A stretch of 64,000 nt of DNA from Escherichia phage ECO71P1, in the sequence record OP172789. One strand, 5' to 3'. A model generated the notes under the pieces. It was not told the DNA's origin. It worked only from the letters and a program-made list of their open reading frames with translations, and ran no database searches. This document shows, in pieces, positions 63,651 to 64,000 of this stretch (position 1 is the first letter of the stretch; each line of letters opens with the position of its first letter). The translations under genes were made by a program, and so were the position numbers.

Positions 63651-64000
63651 TAGTGCAAATCCCATAGTGCAAATTAATAGTGTGAATTATACAATGATTG
63701 AACATTATATTCAAGTGCAGATTGATGTTCAAATTGGCTGTAAACGTACACAAATCATAGTGCTAAATGAATATCGGACCGTGGTGCGTGGTGTACTGTT
63801 TGATACGTATAAAAGAAATCCATCCCTTTCGCCGCTTGTTATGCAAATCAATGACTTAGCCGCTGCTGGCTGGTTGAAGCGTATCATGACGTATCATCCG
63901 TATTGCCGCAAGTCTTTGTTTTTACTTATATCTTACGGATAATACGTATAAATATAAGTTTAGTATAAGTATGAGGATGTAGAAAAAATTAATTTAAATT

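Larger units (their letters stand above)
62469..63768 (+). repeat. dispersed same-orientation array of the 11-mer ATAGTGCAAAT (at least 9 copies)
   Basis: Copies near 62469, 62484, 62778, 62866, 62911, 62983, 63163, 63648, 63663, variant 63756. Confidence 0.7.

Noticed and set aside
63651-63753. N-terminal extension of the 63178-63753 ORF (TTG start)
   Set aside because: The extension is read through the repeat array and has an implausible composition; an ATG within the repeat is the likelier start.
62469-63768. Possible CRISPR array
   Set aside because: Repeat is only 11 bp and spacing is irregular (10 to 490 bp); no regular repeat-spacer structure and no cas genes.
1-64000. tRNA genes
   Set aside because: No cloverleaf-compatible segment with a GTTCGAATC-type T-loop was found by eye; a tRNAscan run would be needed to exclude them formally.
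1-64000. Integrated prophage with integrase and attachment sites
   Set aside because: No integrase, repressor or flanking host genes; gene content fits a virulent phage.

Overview
This window reads as a contiguous piece of a large, virulent, contractile-tailed phage genome (no integrase, repressor or host genes seen), with a compositionally distinct, repeat-rich accessory region at the right end. All calls rest on reading motifs in the supplied ORF translations and the DNA; no database search was run. Layout: (1) 1-8330, minus-strand block of small early-type ORFs ending in a primase-like protein and a P-loop helicase; (2) 8489-26154, plus-strand replication and nucleotide-metabolism block (Dda/RecD-like helicase, an unusual flavoprotein/ThyX-like/HAD/SDR cluster, DnaQ-like exonuclease, DnaE-type polymerase, VRR-NUC, SNF2 ATPase, SSB-like protein, embedded spanin pair, MazG-like, ATP-dependent ligase); (3) 26180-54735, minus-strand lysis and structural block (GH19 endolysin, T4 gp12-like fibre, baseplate, tape measure with lytic transglycosylase domain, tube, sheath, capsid, scaffold, portal, terminase large subunit); (4) 54914-59957, plus-strand small membrane proteins and a second tail fibre with a C-terminal chaperone; (5) 59958-64000, accessory region. 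The strongest candidates for something undescribed are a CG-dinucleotide-rich island (about 60300-62785) carrying a triplicated promoter-leader cassette with a covarying stem-loop, an array of ATAGTGCAAAT repeats (62469-63768), and an inverted-repeat iteron locus with an AT-rich core (47846-48107). Coordinates of hand-refined starts and motifs may be off by 1-2 nt.
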